Made by a program: the position numbers and the translations under genes. Shown here in pieces: positions 8,639-17,671 of a stretch of DNA of 64,000 nt. The notes under the pieces are model-generated. The model had not been told where the DNA came from and did no database searches. It worked only from the letters and a program-made list of their open reading frames with translations. The stretch lies in the IMG/VR virus record IMGVR_UViG_3300021426_000066, one strand, 5' to 3'. Origin of the DNA: a virus. Taxonomy: Duplodnaviria > Caudoviricetes. Position 1 is the stretch's first letter, and the number at the start of each line of letters is the position of its first letter.

Positions 8639-8806
8639 ATGTCTAAGAAACATCCAGGCAGAGATACTGATTATGCGAAATGGATTAGCCGTATGGCTAA
8701 ACTTGAGAACTCACTTAAAGCTGAACGTGAAAGACTTAAAAAGACTGAAAAGAAAGACGGAACTCATAAAGGTCATAAAAGAGCAGAAAGAGAGGGCGAA
8801 GAATAA
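8639..8806 (+). CDS. Small basic hypothetical protein (55 aa, not in track)
   Basis: AAGGAG RBS, MSKKHPGRDTDY...EGEE*, TAATG overlap with next gene. Confidence 0.55.
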   Translation: MSKKHPGRDTDYAKWISRMAKLENSLKAERERLKKTEKKDGTHKGHKRAEREGEE

Positions 8807-9894
8807 TGTATTGGGATTCGGCAGCGACAACCCCAGTAAAACTGGAAGTATTGGATGCCATGTTACCTTATTTTACTGATAAGTTTTTTAATCCCTCATC
8901 AATTTATGAACCCGCCAGAGAAGTAAGGAGAGATATAGAAAAGGCCAGAGCAATTGTGGCTGAATCAATTAACGCAGATCCCGAAGAAATCTATTTTACT
9001 TCGGGCGGTAGTGAAGCTAATAATTGGGCGATCATGTGTTGTGGGTGGCATCCTCCTATTATCTCTACAATTGAGCATCATTCATTGATGAAAGCCGCTC
9101 AGTATTATTCACCAATTGAAGTCGATCCGTATGGAAGAATTGTTATTACAGATTTTGAACAGAAGGTGCATGAGATTCCTAAGACAGAGCCTGTATCAAT
9201 TCAGATGGTGAATAATGAAATCGGAACTATACAGGATATTAAACGACTGGTAGAGATTGCCCACGAGAAAAAGCTGTTATTTCACACAGATGCAGTACAG
9301 GCTTATGGGAAAATTCCTATTGACGTTAAGGTATTAGACGTAGATATGTTATCAGCCTCTGGTCATAAGATTGGCGCTCCCAAAGGTATTGGATTTTTAT
9401 ATGTTAAAAAGGGTGTGAAGATTCAGCCTTGGATTGAGGGGAGTCAGGAACGAGGACTGAGAGGTGGGACCGAGAATGTACCTTATATCATGGGATTAGC
9501 TAAAGCAGTTGAGCTGATAGATTATAACGAACAAATTAAATTTCAAGAGTTATATGATTATGCTGTAAATCAAGCTTTAGCGTTTGCTAACATCAATGGA
9601 TATTCACTGAAAAGAATATACAATATTCTCAGTCTTACCATAAAAGCAAAGATTGACGGCAAGCAGCTTATTGGTTTGCTTCATGATAGGGGTCAGTATG
9701 TATCCGCAGGATCGGCATGTAATTCATACAGTAATGAACCAAGCCATGTATTAAAAGCAATCGGCCTTACTGATAGCGAAGCGACTAGAACAATTAGAAT
9801 CAGTTTCTTTGAAGGCATGACCAAAGAAGATATAGACACATTATTTAAAGATATACGAGAGTGTATTGAAACTCTGAAGCTGCTTGGAGGATGA
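8806..9894 (+). CDS. iscS: Cysteine desulfurase (IscS/NifS, PLP-dependent)
   Basis: DSAATT, FTSGGSEANN, VNNEIG, HTDAVQA, SGHKIGAPKG (PLP Lys), RGGTEN, SAGSAC (catalytic Cys). Confidence 0.93.
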   Translation: MYWDSAATTPVKLEVLDAMLPYFTDKFFNPSSIYEPAREVRRDIEKARAIVAESINADPEEIYFTSGGSEANNWAIMCCGWHPPIISTIEHHSLMKAAQYYSPIEVDPYGRIVITDFEQKVHEIPKTEPVSIQMVNNEIGTIQDIKRLVEIAHEKKLLFHTDAVQAYGKIPIDVKVLDVDMLSASGHKIGAPKGIGFLYVKKGVKIQPWIEGSQERGLRGGTENVPYIMGLAKAVELIDYNEQIKFQELYDYAVNQALAFANINGYSLKRIYNILSLTIKAKIDGKQLIGLLHDRGQYVSAGSACNSYSNEPSHVLKAIGLTDSEATRTIRISFFEGMTKEDIDTLFKDIRECIETLKLLGG

Positions 9895-9895
9895 G

Positions 9896-10093
9896 ATGAG
9901 AGATCCTAATAGACTTAATGACTTTTATGATGAAATGAAGAAGTTACATAAAGATAACTATTCTGATTGGAGATTTGGGCAGTTAATGTGTAACTTCTTC
10001 GGATGGTTATATGACAAATATAAAATAGATTGTTTCTTTCCTGAAGAGGATAAGATGCTTGAATATTTTAAAGAATTTTGCGAGGAGAAATAA
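9896..10093 (+). CDS. Phage hypothetical protein (MRDPNR...DWRFGQL type)
   Basis: GGAGG RBS; recurring phage motif RDP.R / DWRFGQL. Confidence 0.6.
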   Translation: MRDPNRLNDFYDEMKKLHKDNYSDWRFGQLMCNFFGWLYDKYKIDCFFPEEDKMLEYFKEFCEEK

Positions 10094-10095
10094 TT

Positions 10096-10818
10096 ATGCC
10101 AACTAAAACAATTTCAGCAGAGATTCTTGGGACATTGTATAAAGATCCCTCATTAACAACTGACGCTATAACGACATGGGCAACAGGGATTACAACAACA
10201 GGGATTCCTAATGTGAACTATACGAATAATATTACAATACCTACTAATCCACATTCAGATTGGGTGCAAGATCAGGGTGTGACAATGAGTGCGACATATA
10301 CATTTACACCGTTTGGATTTCATCCTGAATGGAATTGCAAGCCAGATAATTTAAATGATTTTCTAATTGGCGTGAATCCCTATATTGTTAATATTGACAT
10401 CATTGTCCCTGATAAAGTAGTAGAAGTAACCATTTATGATGGCGCTACCCATATTTATAAACAGGTTTGCCGAGAGCCAGATGAATTTGATTTAACATTT
10501 GCTCTTGCACTTGCGTGGACCAAATACAAGAACGAAGTATTTAATTTGGATTATACACTAGAGGGTATTGAAGATGCTGCTCATGAATATATGTGGAAGT
10601 ACAAAAAGCCCCTTAAAGAATTTAATAGAGCAATTAAAGCTTATAATAAATGGTTTAAAGAAGAAACCAGAAAAGAAGTTGAAGAAGAGGAGCGTCAAGC
10701 AATCATCGAAAGACGCAGAGCAAAAAATAAGAAGCGTAAAGAAAAGATGAAGACCAGAAAGAAGCAGGAAGAAATCAACACTATTGCTGAAGCAATTAAA
10801 AAAGCGAGAGAGAACTAA
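10096..10818 (+). CDS. Hypothetical protein with C-terminal charged coil
   Basis: GAGGAG RBS, long ORF. Confidence 0.6.
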   Translation: MPTKTISAEILGTLYKDPSLTTDAITTWATGITTTGIPNVNYTNNITIPTNPHSDWVQDQGVTMSATYTFTPFGFHPEWNCKPDNLNDFLIGVNPYIVNIDIIVPDKVVEVTIYDGATHIYKQVCREPDEFDLTFALALAWTKYKNEVFNLDYTLEGIEDAAHEYMWKYKKPLKEFNRAIKAYNKWFKEETRKEVEEEERQAIIERRRAKNKKRKEKMKTRKKQEEINTIAEAIKKAREN

Positions 10819-10822
10819 GATC

Positions 10823-11089
10823 ATGAGTAAGATGCTGAATGGCTCGCGTTTGATCAGCATTGCGGAACTGCGTAAGATTGCAAACTATTATCATGTGCAG
10901 ACAGATGACCTTATGAGAGAACCTGCGGTGTCTTATGATACCAATGTGATTCGGGCTTTCATGTGGAAAGTGAATTCGGATGCTGCACGGGAAGCACTGC
11001 GCACAGCAGATGAGCTGGCGGACATGATTATTTTTCACGCGAATGTGCGTGAGAACGCGAAAGAGATGTCCGAAACCTGGGAGATGTAA
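10823..11089 (+). CDS. N-terminally truncated XRE-family HTH regulator fragment, host-like composition
   Basis: MSKMLNGSR...ELRKIANYYHVQTDDLM is the second half of an XRE HTH; about 47% GC by hand count. Confidence 0.55.
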   Translation: MSKMLNGSRLISIAELRKIANYYHVQTDDLMREPAVSYDTNVIRAFMWKVNSDAAREALRTADELADMIIFHANVRENAKEMSETWEM

Positions 11090-11139
11090 TCATGGATACT
11101 CTGTTTCGTGATTCATAAATTCACATAAGGAGCAAAAGG

Positions 11140-11625
11140 ATGAAATATACAATTAGAGAAGGAGTTTGGGAAACCAACTCCTCCTCTGTCCATTCAATAT
11201 CTATCAGTAATAAAGGTTTAAGAAAGTGCAGGCTGAAGCCCAGAGAAGACGGCTATATTCATGTGCAGGCTAGATACTTTGGAAGAGAATTAAACTATTA
11301 TCCCAACCAGAAAGACAAGCTTACATATCTCCTGGTCTGTGTTGCGTATTGCTGTGGGTGTGCATACAGATCTGCTGATTATGAACGCTTTTATGATGAC
11401 TACAGATTTAAATACATCGAAGAAGCTGTAAGGCACTACTATGAAGAAACGACTGGCAGACATGATTGTCTGGGGATTAGAGTGGACAATCTTGAAAAAG
11501 CAGAATTGGACCATCAGTCTATACCAGAATATGGGGATCTGCCTTTTGTCAATGTATGGGATGAGGTGTCCATTCAGAATTTTATTTTCAATAGTTACAT
11601 TTCTTTAAAGACAGATGGAGATTAA
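11140..11625 (+). CDS. ETNSSS-motif protein 1 (unknown function)
   Basis: MKYTIREGVWETNSSSVHSI; YFGR, DHQS and DGD motifs; AAGGAG RBS. Confidence 0.8.
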   Translation: MKYTIREGVWETNSSSVHSISISNKGLRKCRLKPREDGYIHVQARYFGRELNYYPNQKDKLTYLLVCVAYCCGCAYRSADYERFYDDYRFKYIEEAVRHYYEETTGRHDCLGIRVDNLEKAELDHQSIPEYGDLPFVNVWDEVSIQNFIFNSYISLKTDGD

Positions 11626-11634
11626 GGAGTAAAT

Positions 11635-12333
11635 ATGAAATATACTATTCGACAGGGAGTGTGGGAAACAAATTCATCTAGTATGCACTCAATTGCTGTT
11701 ATGAAAAGCGATGAAGAATATACCAGAACAGAAATTCTGAACGAAGTGTATATCAGAAAAGGCGTACTGGATTTTTGGGACGATGAAAAATTATACTTCG
11801 GAAGATATCCATTCCGCATCTTAACTACTTTTCTTGAGAAACTGCAATATGCTGCCGCTAGTATGGGTGATTATTGGAACGGTTCATACGAAGAAGTTTC
11901 TAATAGAATTGAAGCATTGGTTGGTCTAGTTCATGAAATACTCCCTGAAGTAAAAGAAATTAAATGGCCCAAACATTATGAAAATGCATATAGGGATCAA
12001 GAGGGCAATAAACTCAGTTATGATGATTTGAAATATGATTATTATTTCAGCGAGGCCCATGATCATTGTATGTATTATTATGAGCGAGATGGTCAAAAAT
12101 ATCCCGCTGTTAAGGACGATGATTATGAATATGAACTGAATTATTATGGTCAGGTTGACCATCAAAGTGCAGGATTACTTAGTAGCTTTTTGAAAAAGGA
12201 AGGTATTGGTTTAAAAGATTTCCTTCTTAAGAAAAAGTATATCGTGATTATTGATGGTGACGAGTATTTAGAATGGAACAAATATAAAAAAGCCAATATT
12301 ATTAATATAGATGCGATTGACCACGAATATTGA
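11635..12333 (+). CDS. ETNSSS-motif protein 2 (unknown function)
   Basis: MKYTIRQGVWETNSSSMHSI; YFGR, DHQS and DGD motifs; AAGGAG RBS. Confidence 0.8.
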   Translation: MKYTIRQGVWETNSSSMHSIAVMKSDEEYTRTEILNEVYIRKGVLDFWDDEKLYFGRYPFRILTTFLEKLQYAAASMGDYWNGSYEEVSNRIEALVGLVHEILPEVKEIKWPKHYENAYRDQEGNKLSYDDLKYDYYFSEAHDHCMYYYERDGQKYPAVKDDDYEYELNYYGQVDHQSAGLLSSFLKKEGIGLKDFLLKKKYIVIIDGDEYLEWNKYKKANIINIDAIDHEY

Positions 12334-12341
12334 GGATAAGA

Positions 12342-13277
12342 ATGAGAACTAAGATAGCAGAATATCAGAATGGTAATGTTAATGTAATTCGCTTTGATGA
12401 TGGTACGGTCATTAGATATTCAGAGGACGATGAATTTCGATTTGATTTTCCCGAAAATCTGGATGTTAAGATCAGCGACCGTTGTGATATAGGATGTCTC
12501 GTGTGCCACGAAGGAAGTACGAAAGATGGTAAAATAGCTGAAGATTTATTAAAACAGCCTTGGATTGATACTTTAAAGCCGTATACAGAGATTGCTCTGG
12601 GTGGAGGAAACGTGTTTGAGCATCCAGATTTTTTCTCTCTTCTTGAAAGGTTACGGACTCAGAAGGTATTCGCTAACATTACTGTGAACCAGATTCATTT
12701 CATGGAAAATCTGAATCTTATTCGTTGGCTTGTAAGGAAGAAATTAATTTGGGGAATTGGTGTGTCTCTTGCCTACTATGATGAAAAGTTATTTGAAGCA
12801 ATGAAAGAGTTTCCCAATGCTGTTCTTCATGTGATTGCAGGAATATTAACACAAGAAGATTTATGCAGACTCATGACACATCATGATCTAAAGATTTTGT
12901 TCCTTGGATATAAGAGACTTCGTAGAGGGCAGGAATATTACGACCACTATAATAAGAGTGTTGATAAACATTTAAAAGAGACCGAAGATATGTTACCCCT
13001 GATCCTCGAAGCATTTAAAGTGGTATCCTTTGACTGTCTGGCAATCGAACAGCTTCATATTAAGGATCATCTTCCTTCAAATGTATGGGAACATTTTTAT
13101 CAAGGCGATGATGGCACAATGACATTCTATATTGATGCTGTGAATGAACAATTTGCAACAAGCTCTACCACTCCTATTGAGCGTAGATGGGATTTTACGG
13201 ATTGCTCTAACGCTATCACTGAAATGTTTGATATTATTAAATATGTAGGAGACAAAACTCCAGATTTAGAGGTTTAA
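12342..13277 (+). CDS. Radical SAM protein
   Basis: CDIGCLVCHE (CxxxCxxC), IALGGGN, NITVN; no SPASM Cys array; ATG 12342 after GAGGA. Confidence 0.88.
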   Translation: MRTKIAEYQNGNVNVIRFDDGTVIRYSEDDEFRFDFPENLDVKISDRCDIGCLVCHEGSTKDGKIAEDLLKQPWIDTLKPYTEIALGGGNVFEHPDFFSLLERLRTQKVFANITVNQIHFMENLNLIRWLVRKKLIWGIGVSLAYYDEKLFEAMKEFPNAVLHVIAGILTQEDLCRLMTHHDLKILFLGYKRLRRGQEYYDHYNKSVDKHLKETEDMLPLILEAFKVVSFDCLAIEQLHIKDHLPSNVWEHFYQGDDGTMTFYIDAVNEQFATSSTTPIERRWDFTDCSNAITEMFDIIKYVGDKTPDLEV

Positions 13278-16200
13278 ATGAGTTACTTTGGAATACACAA
13301 TCATACGGACGCAGGTAGCAATCTGCGTCTGCGTGATTCAACCAATAAGGTTAATGATTTGATACAGTATGTTCATGATATTGGAATGAAAGGTCTGGCT
13401 ATTACAGATCACGAATCAATAGCTGCACATCTGAAAGCGTTAAAGTATTATGAGCAACATATGAATGAGGATGAATGGAACGGTTTTAAGCTTGCGTTAG
13501 GTAATGAGATATATCTTTGCACAAGTTCAACAACGGCAGAAAATGCCAAAGATAACATTTATCCTCATTTTATTTTAATTGCTTTAGATGCAGAAGGGCA
13601 TAAAGGGATTAGAGAGTTAAGTACGAAAGCCTGGGTCAATAATTCTTTTATGTCTGTGATGTATAGAGTTCCTACTTATTATGAAGATTTATTTGATATG
13701 TTGCAAACATATAGGGGACATGTAATTGGTTCAAGTGCCTGTTTGGGTGGAAGTGTGCCAAGAGCAATTTTAAAATATAAAGATAATCCTAATAGCAATG
13801 ATTGGGATGGTATTAAATATTGGATTAATACCATGGACAACATTTTTGGTCGAGGATTCTTCTTTTTAGAACTACAGCCGTCTGATTCAGAAGAACAGAT
13901 TTATGTAAATGAAAAGTTAGTGCAGTTGTCTAAAGAAACCAATGTACCATATATTATTAGTACTGATGCTCATTATCTTACCAAAGAAGATAGAAACGTT
14001 CACAAAGCTTTTCTTAACTCACAAGACGGAGACAGAGAAGTTGACGAGTTCTATGCAACAACTTACGTTATGACTCCAGAGGAAATTCATTCCTATATGG
14101 ATAAGTATTTGGGGTATGAAACGGTTCAGTTGGGGCTGAATAATACGAATCTGATTTATGATAAGGTTCAATATTACAAACTGACAAAAGACTTGGAAAT
14201 CCCTTATATTCCGCTTGATACAACAGAACCAGATGAAACCCTTTATAAGAAGTATAGAGATAGTATTCCGTTGTTCAAGAATCTGTGGGAATCAGATTTT
14301 GACGGTGACCGTCATATGCTGAGAGAACTGCTTAAAGCAATTGAATCTCATGACAATTATCAGACGGAACTTGGATACTTTAAAGTTAATGAATGTCTGG
14401 ATTATCTCATTAAATCCTCTGAAGTTAATAAAGTTCATTGGTCCGCGTATTTGATGCAGGAAAGAGATTATATCAATATTGCATGGAATACAGGTAGCTT
14501 GGTTGGAGCAGGTCGTGGATCTGGCGTTGGATTTTGTTTATTGTATTTACTTGGAATCACTCAAATTGATCCGCTGAAAGAAAAAACACAGACATTTCCA
14601 TGGCGCTTCCTGAACCCTTATCGTCAGAGTGTACTTGATATTGATACCGACATTGAGGGTTCAAAAAGAGATATTGTCATTCAGGCATTAAAAGATACTT
14701 ATGGCGTAGACAGAGTATCAAAAGTTTTGACTTATCAGACAGAACAGAGTAGAAGTGCTATTCTTACTGCTGCTCGTGGACTTGGGATTGATAATGATAC
14801 CGCTTCGTATATTGCTTCATTGGTCGTGTTTGATAGAGGCATGGCCCGTTCCTTGTCTACCATGTATTATGGTAATGAAGAGTATAAACCCTCTGCTGAA
14901 TTTGTACGAGAGATGAATGCTCACCCAGATTTATGGGAAACAGCTAGAAAGATCGAAGGATTAATTTGCGGCTGCGGGCAGCATGCGGGAGGAGTCATCA
15001 TATGTGACAAGCCGTTGACCGAATCAACTGGATTAATGAGAACCAAGTCTGGTGATATTGTTACACAATATGATCTCCACTTATTAGAGGATGTTTCGCT
15101 CATAAAAATCGATTTGTTGGCAATTGATGCACTTGAAAAGATGCACGCCGAACTGGATCTGCTTCTTGAGTATGGCGAAATTGAGTGGCAAGGTTCGTTA
15201 CGAGATACATACGAAAAGTACGTTGGTGTGTATACTTTGGAGCGTGATGCGGAAGATATGTGGCAAATGTTATGGGAACATAAGGTCTTGTCATTCTTTC
15301 AGATGGAAAAAGAATCTGGCAAAAAAGCTATTGCTCTCGCAAAACCGCATTCTGTTGATGACCTTGCAACCCTTAATTCTGTCATTCGCCTGATGGCTCA
15401 GGAAAAAGGAGCAGAACAGCCTCTACAGAAATACGCTCGTTTTAAGAATGATATTAATGAGTGGTATAAAGAGATGACTGCGTATGGGTTGACACAGGAA
15501 GAGCAAGATATTCTCAAAGAAATAATTGGAACTTCGTATGGAATATGTGAGGCGCAGGAATATCTCGTACTACTTGTAAACCATCCTAAAATTGGTGGAT
15601 TTGACATAGCATGGGGAGACAAACTTAGGAAGGCCGTTGCAAAAAAGCAAGCTAGAGATTTTGATAAGCTGGAAAAAGAGTTCTTTACCAACGCTAAAGA
15701 AAAAAGTTTAAGTCAAAATCTGACCAATTATGTTTGGAATGTATTAATTATGACTCAGCGAGGCTACGGTTTTAATAAGGCTCATACTCTGTCGTATTCC
15801 ATAGTCGGATTGCAGGAACTCAACCTTGCCTACAAATATAATATCTTATACTGGAACACAGCCAATCTCATTGTAGACTCTGGGGCATATAATGAATCTG
15901 CAAATGACTCTACCAATTACGGTAAGATGGGATCAGCTATTGCTAACATTAAAAAAGAGGGAGTACATATTGCATTCCCACTTATCAACTCTGCTGAGTT
16001 CAGTTTTAAGCCAGATTTAGATAACAATCAAATTATTTTTGGCTTAAAAGGAATCAATGGAATTAATACAGAATTGTCGCAAACTATTATTAATATGCGT
16101 CCCTTCAAATCAATGGATGATTTTGCAGAGAGATTGCTTGATACCAAAATTGTAAAGCCTAATCAGATGATTAAACTTATGAAGGCTGGCTGCTTTACAG

Positions 16201-17189
16201 AACTTGATTGTCCAGATAGAACAAAAACGATGAGATGGTATCTGGATAAATACAAGATCGAAAAAGTAGATAAGTTGACACTGGCTCAATTAGGCAGGAT
16301 GAAAGAATGGCATATCATTCCTCAGTCGTTGCAGAAATCAGTTCAAATGCTCTCTCTTAAATCCTATATTCTGGATGACGAGGGTTTATATGAGATATTC
16401 AACGATCCAAATAAAAAACCTCTAAAGAGAGGATATCACGATAGATATTATATTCTGGATGATCAGGCTCAGAATTACTATTATGACTTCTTTTCTGATG
16501 ATTGTATCGTGAAAGTGGTTAATGAACATTACGTTGTGTCAGAAAAGAAGATTATCAAAGAAGCTGATAAACTACTTGAACCATTGAGAAAATGGTTCTC
16601 TAGCCAAGAAGCCATTGATAAATATAATCAGGCGCTGATAGACGAAGCCTGGGATACATATGCTGCTGGCACACCCGCTAAATGGTCTATGGAAGCACTT
16701 TGCTATTATGATTCTGAACATGAGCTGGAACATGTAGATGAGAAGCAATATGGCATTGTTAATTTCAATAAGTTACCAGAAGAACCAAATGTGTATGACT
16801 GGTACACTAGAAAAATTAACGATGAGTGGAAACAAATGCCTAAATATCAGATTGTAAGAATTGCGGGGACCGTTCTTCATGCTGATAATCCTCATCATAC
16901 GGTTACGCTTCTTACTAAATATGGTCCCGTCCTGTGTAAACTGAATAAAGGACATTATGCTTTTTATAGTAAACGTATTTCTGTAATTGGTGATGATGGT
17001 AAGAAAACAGTACTGGAAGATTCATGGCTGAAACGTGGCAATCTGCTTCTGGTTTCTGGCATTCGTAGAGACGATCAATTCTGGCCCATGATTTACAATG
17101 ACACTATATATAAACACACAATTAATTTTATTAAGGAAGTAAATGCAGATGGAACACTTAATCTGCAAGTTGAAAGGACGAAAATATAA
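13278..17189 (+). CDS. dnaE: DNA polymerase III alpha subunit (phage DnaE)
   Basis: PHP domain HNHT...AITDHE, GRGSG, LDIDTD, HAGG, KIDLL, YGFNKAH. Confidence 0.95.
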   Translation: MSYFGIHNHTDAGSNLRLRDSTNKVNDLIQYVHDIGMKGLAITDHESIAAHLKALKYYEQHMNEDEWNGFKLALGNEIYLCTSSTTAENAKDNIYPHFILIALDAEGHKGIRELSTKAWVNNSFMSVMYRVPTYYEDLFDMLQTYRGHVIGSSACLGGSVPRAILKYKDNPNSNDWDGIKYWINTMDNIFGRGFFFLELQPSDSEEQIYVNEKLVQLSKETNVPYIISTDAHYLTKEDRNVHKAFLNSQDGDREVDEFYATTYVMTPEEIHSYMDKYLGYETVQLGLNNTNLIYDKVQYYKLTKDLEIPYIPLDTTEPDETLYKKYRDSIPLFKNLWESDFDGDRHMLRELLKAIESHDNYQTELGYFKVNECLDYLIKSSEVNKVHWSAYLMQERDYINIAWNTGSLVGAGRGSGVGFCLLYLLGITQIDPLKEKTQTFPWRFLNPYRQSVLDIDTDIEGSKRDIVIQALKDTYGVDRVSKVLTYQTEQSRSAILTAARGLGIDNDTASYIASLVVFDRGMARSLSTMYYGNEEYKPSAEFVREMNAHPDLWETARKIEGLICGCGQHAGGVIICDKPLTESTGLMRTKSGDIVTQYDLHLLEDVSLIKIDLLAIDALEKMHAELDLLLEYGEIEWQGSLRDTYEKYVGVYTLERDAEDMWQMLWEHKVLSFFQMEKESGKKAIALAKPHSVDDLATLNSVIRLMAQEKGAEQPLQKYARFKNDINEWYKEMTAYGLTQEEQDILKEIIGTSYGICEAQEYLVLLVNHPKIGGFDIAWGDKLRKAVAKKQARDFDKLEKEFFTNAKEKSLSQNLTNYVWNVLIMTQRGYGFNKAHTLSYSIVGLQELNLAYKYNILYWNTANLIVDSGAYNESANDSTNYGKMGSAIANIKKEGVHIAFPLINSAEFSFKPDLDNNQIIFGLKGINGINTELSQTIINMRPFKSMDDFAERLLDTKIVKPNQMIKLMKAGCFTELDCPDRTKTMRWYLDKYKIEKVDKLTLAQLGRMKEWHIIPQSLQKSVQMLSLKSYILDDEGLYEIFNDPNKKPLKRGYHDRYYILDDQAQNYYYDFFSDDCIVKVVNEHYVVSEKKIIKEADKLLEPLRKWFSSQEAIDKYNQALIDEAWDTYAAGTPAKWSMEALCYYDSEHELEHVDEKQYGIVNFNKLPEEPNVYDWYTRKINDEWKQMPKYQIVRIAGTVLHADNPHHTVTLLTKYGPVLCKLNKGHYAFYSKRISVIGDDGKKTVLEDSWLKRGNLLLVSGIRRDDQFWPMIYNDTIYKHTINFIKEVNADGTLNLQVERTKI

Positions 17190-17671
17190 TGTATACGGTT
17201 GATACTTGTCCTCATTATGGATGTGGGGATTGCAAATATTTTAGAGTGGATGCAGATAGGAATGAGAGCTTATGTAAAAGAATCGACCACAAAAAGGTCA
17301 AATTTGCAATCCCCTGGTTTAAATCGTATGACTGTGGGCAGCATTTTCATCTACCTTGTAATGATTTTGAACCGAAACATATGGAATATGCAGATGCAAA
17401 GGAATGGTCTGGATTTGACAATTTCTGGAATGCTTATAAAGAAGCTTGGTTACCGTATAAAAACGAGCATAAATTAACTTGGTTCTGCCTAAACGATGAC
17501 AAGAATGTTAGATACGGTGTCCCTATTAAATCTTTTGTCGAAGGAACTATGATTCAAAATGATAAGCTGATGGCAGTAAAAAAAGCTTATTACAAACGAG
17601 TAAAAGATTTTATTGGATATGAACTATTATATGAAGATATAAAAGATGGAGTAGATTTAAATGGCTGTTAA
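17189..17671 (+). CDS. Cys-rich hypothetical protein
   Basis: CPHYGCGDC...C...C...C; overlaps both neighbours. Confidence 0.6.
   Translation: MYTVDTCPHYGCGDCKYFRVDADRNESLCKRIDHKKVKFAIPWFKSYDCGQHFHLPCNDFEPKHMEYADAKEWSGFDNFWNAYKEAWLPYKNEHKLTWFCLNDDKNVRYGVPIKSFVEGTMIQNDKLMAVKKAYYKRVKDFIGYELLYEDIKDGVDLNGC

Noticed and set aside
8673-8879. Track ORF 8673-8879 and the many short opposite-strand or nested ORFs within long genes
   Set aside because: Shadow frames; 8639-8806 has the RBS and couples to iscS
8806-9894. Dnd/Ssp phosphorothioation system
   Set aside because: No PAPS-reductase-like DndC/SspD or DndD ATPase in the window
12342-13277. QueE (7-deazaguanine), viperin or anSME identity for the rSAM
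   Set aside because: No folE/queC/queD/dpdA neighbours, no SPASM cysteines, and no motif I can tie to viperins
13278-17189. Intein in DnaE (also checked NrdD, helicase, RecD2)
   Set aside because: No C...HN/C-S-T junctions or LAGLIDADG blocks; conserved motifs are contiguous
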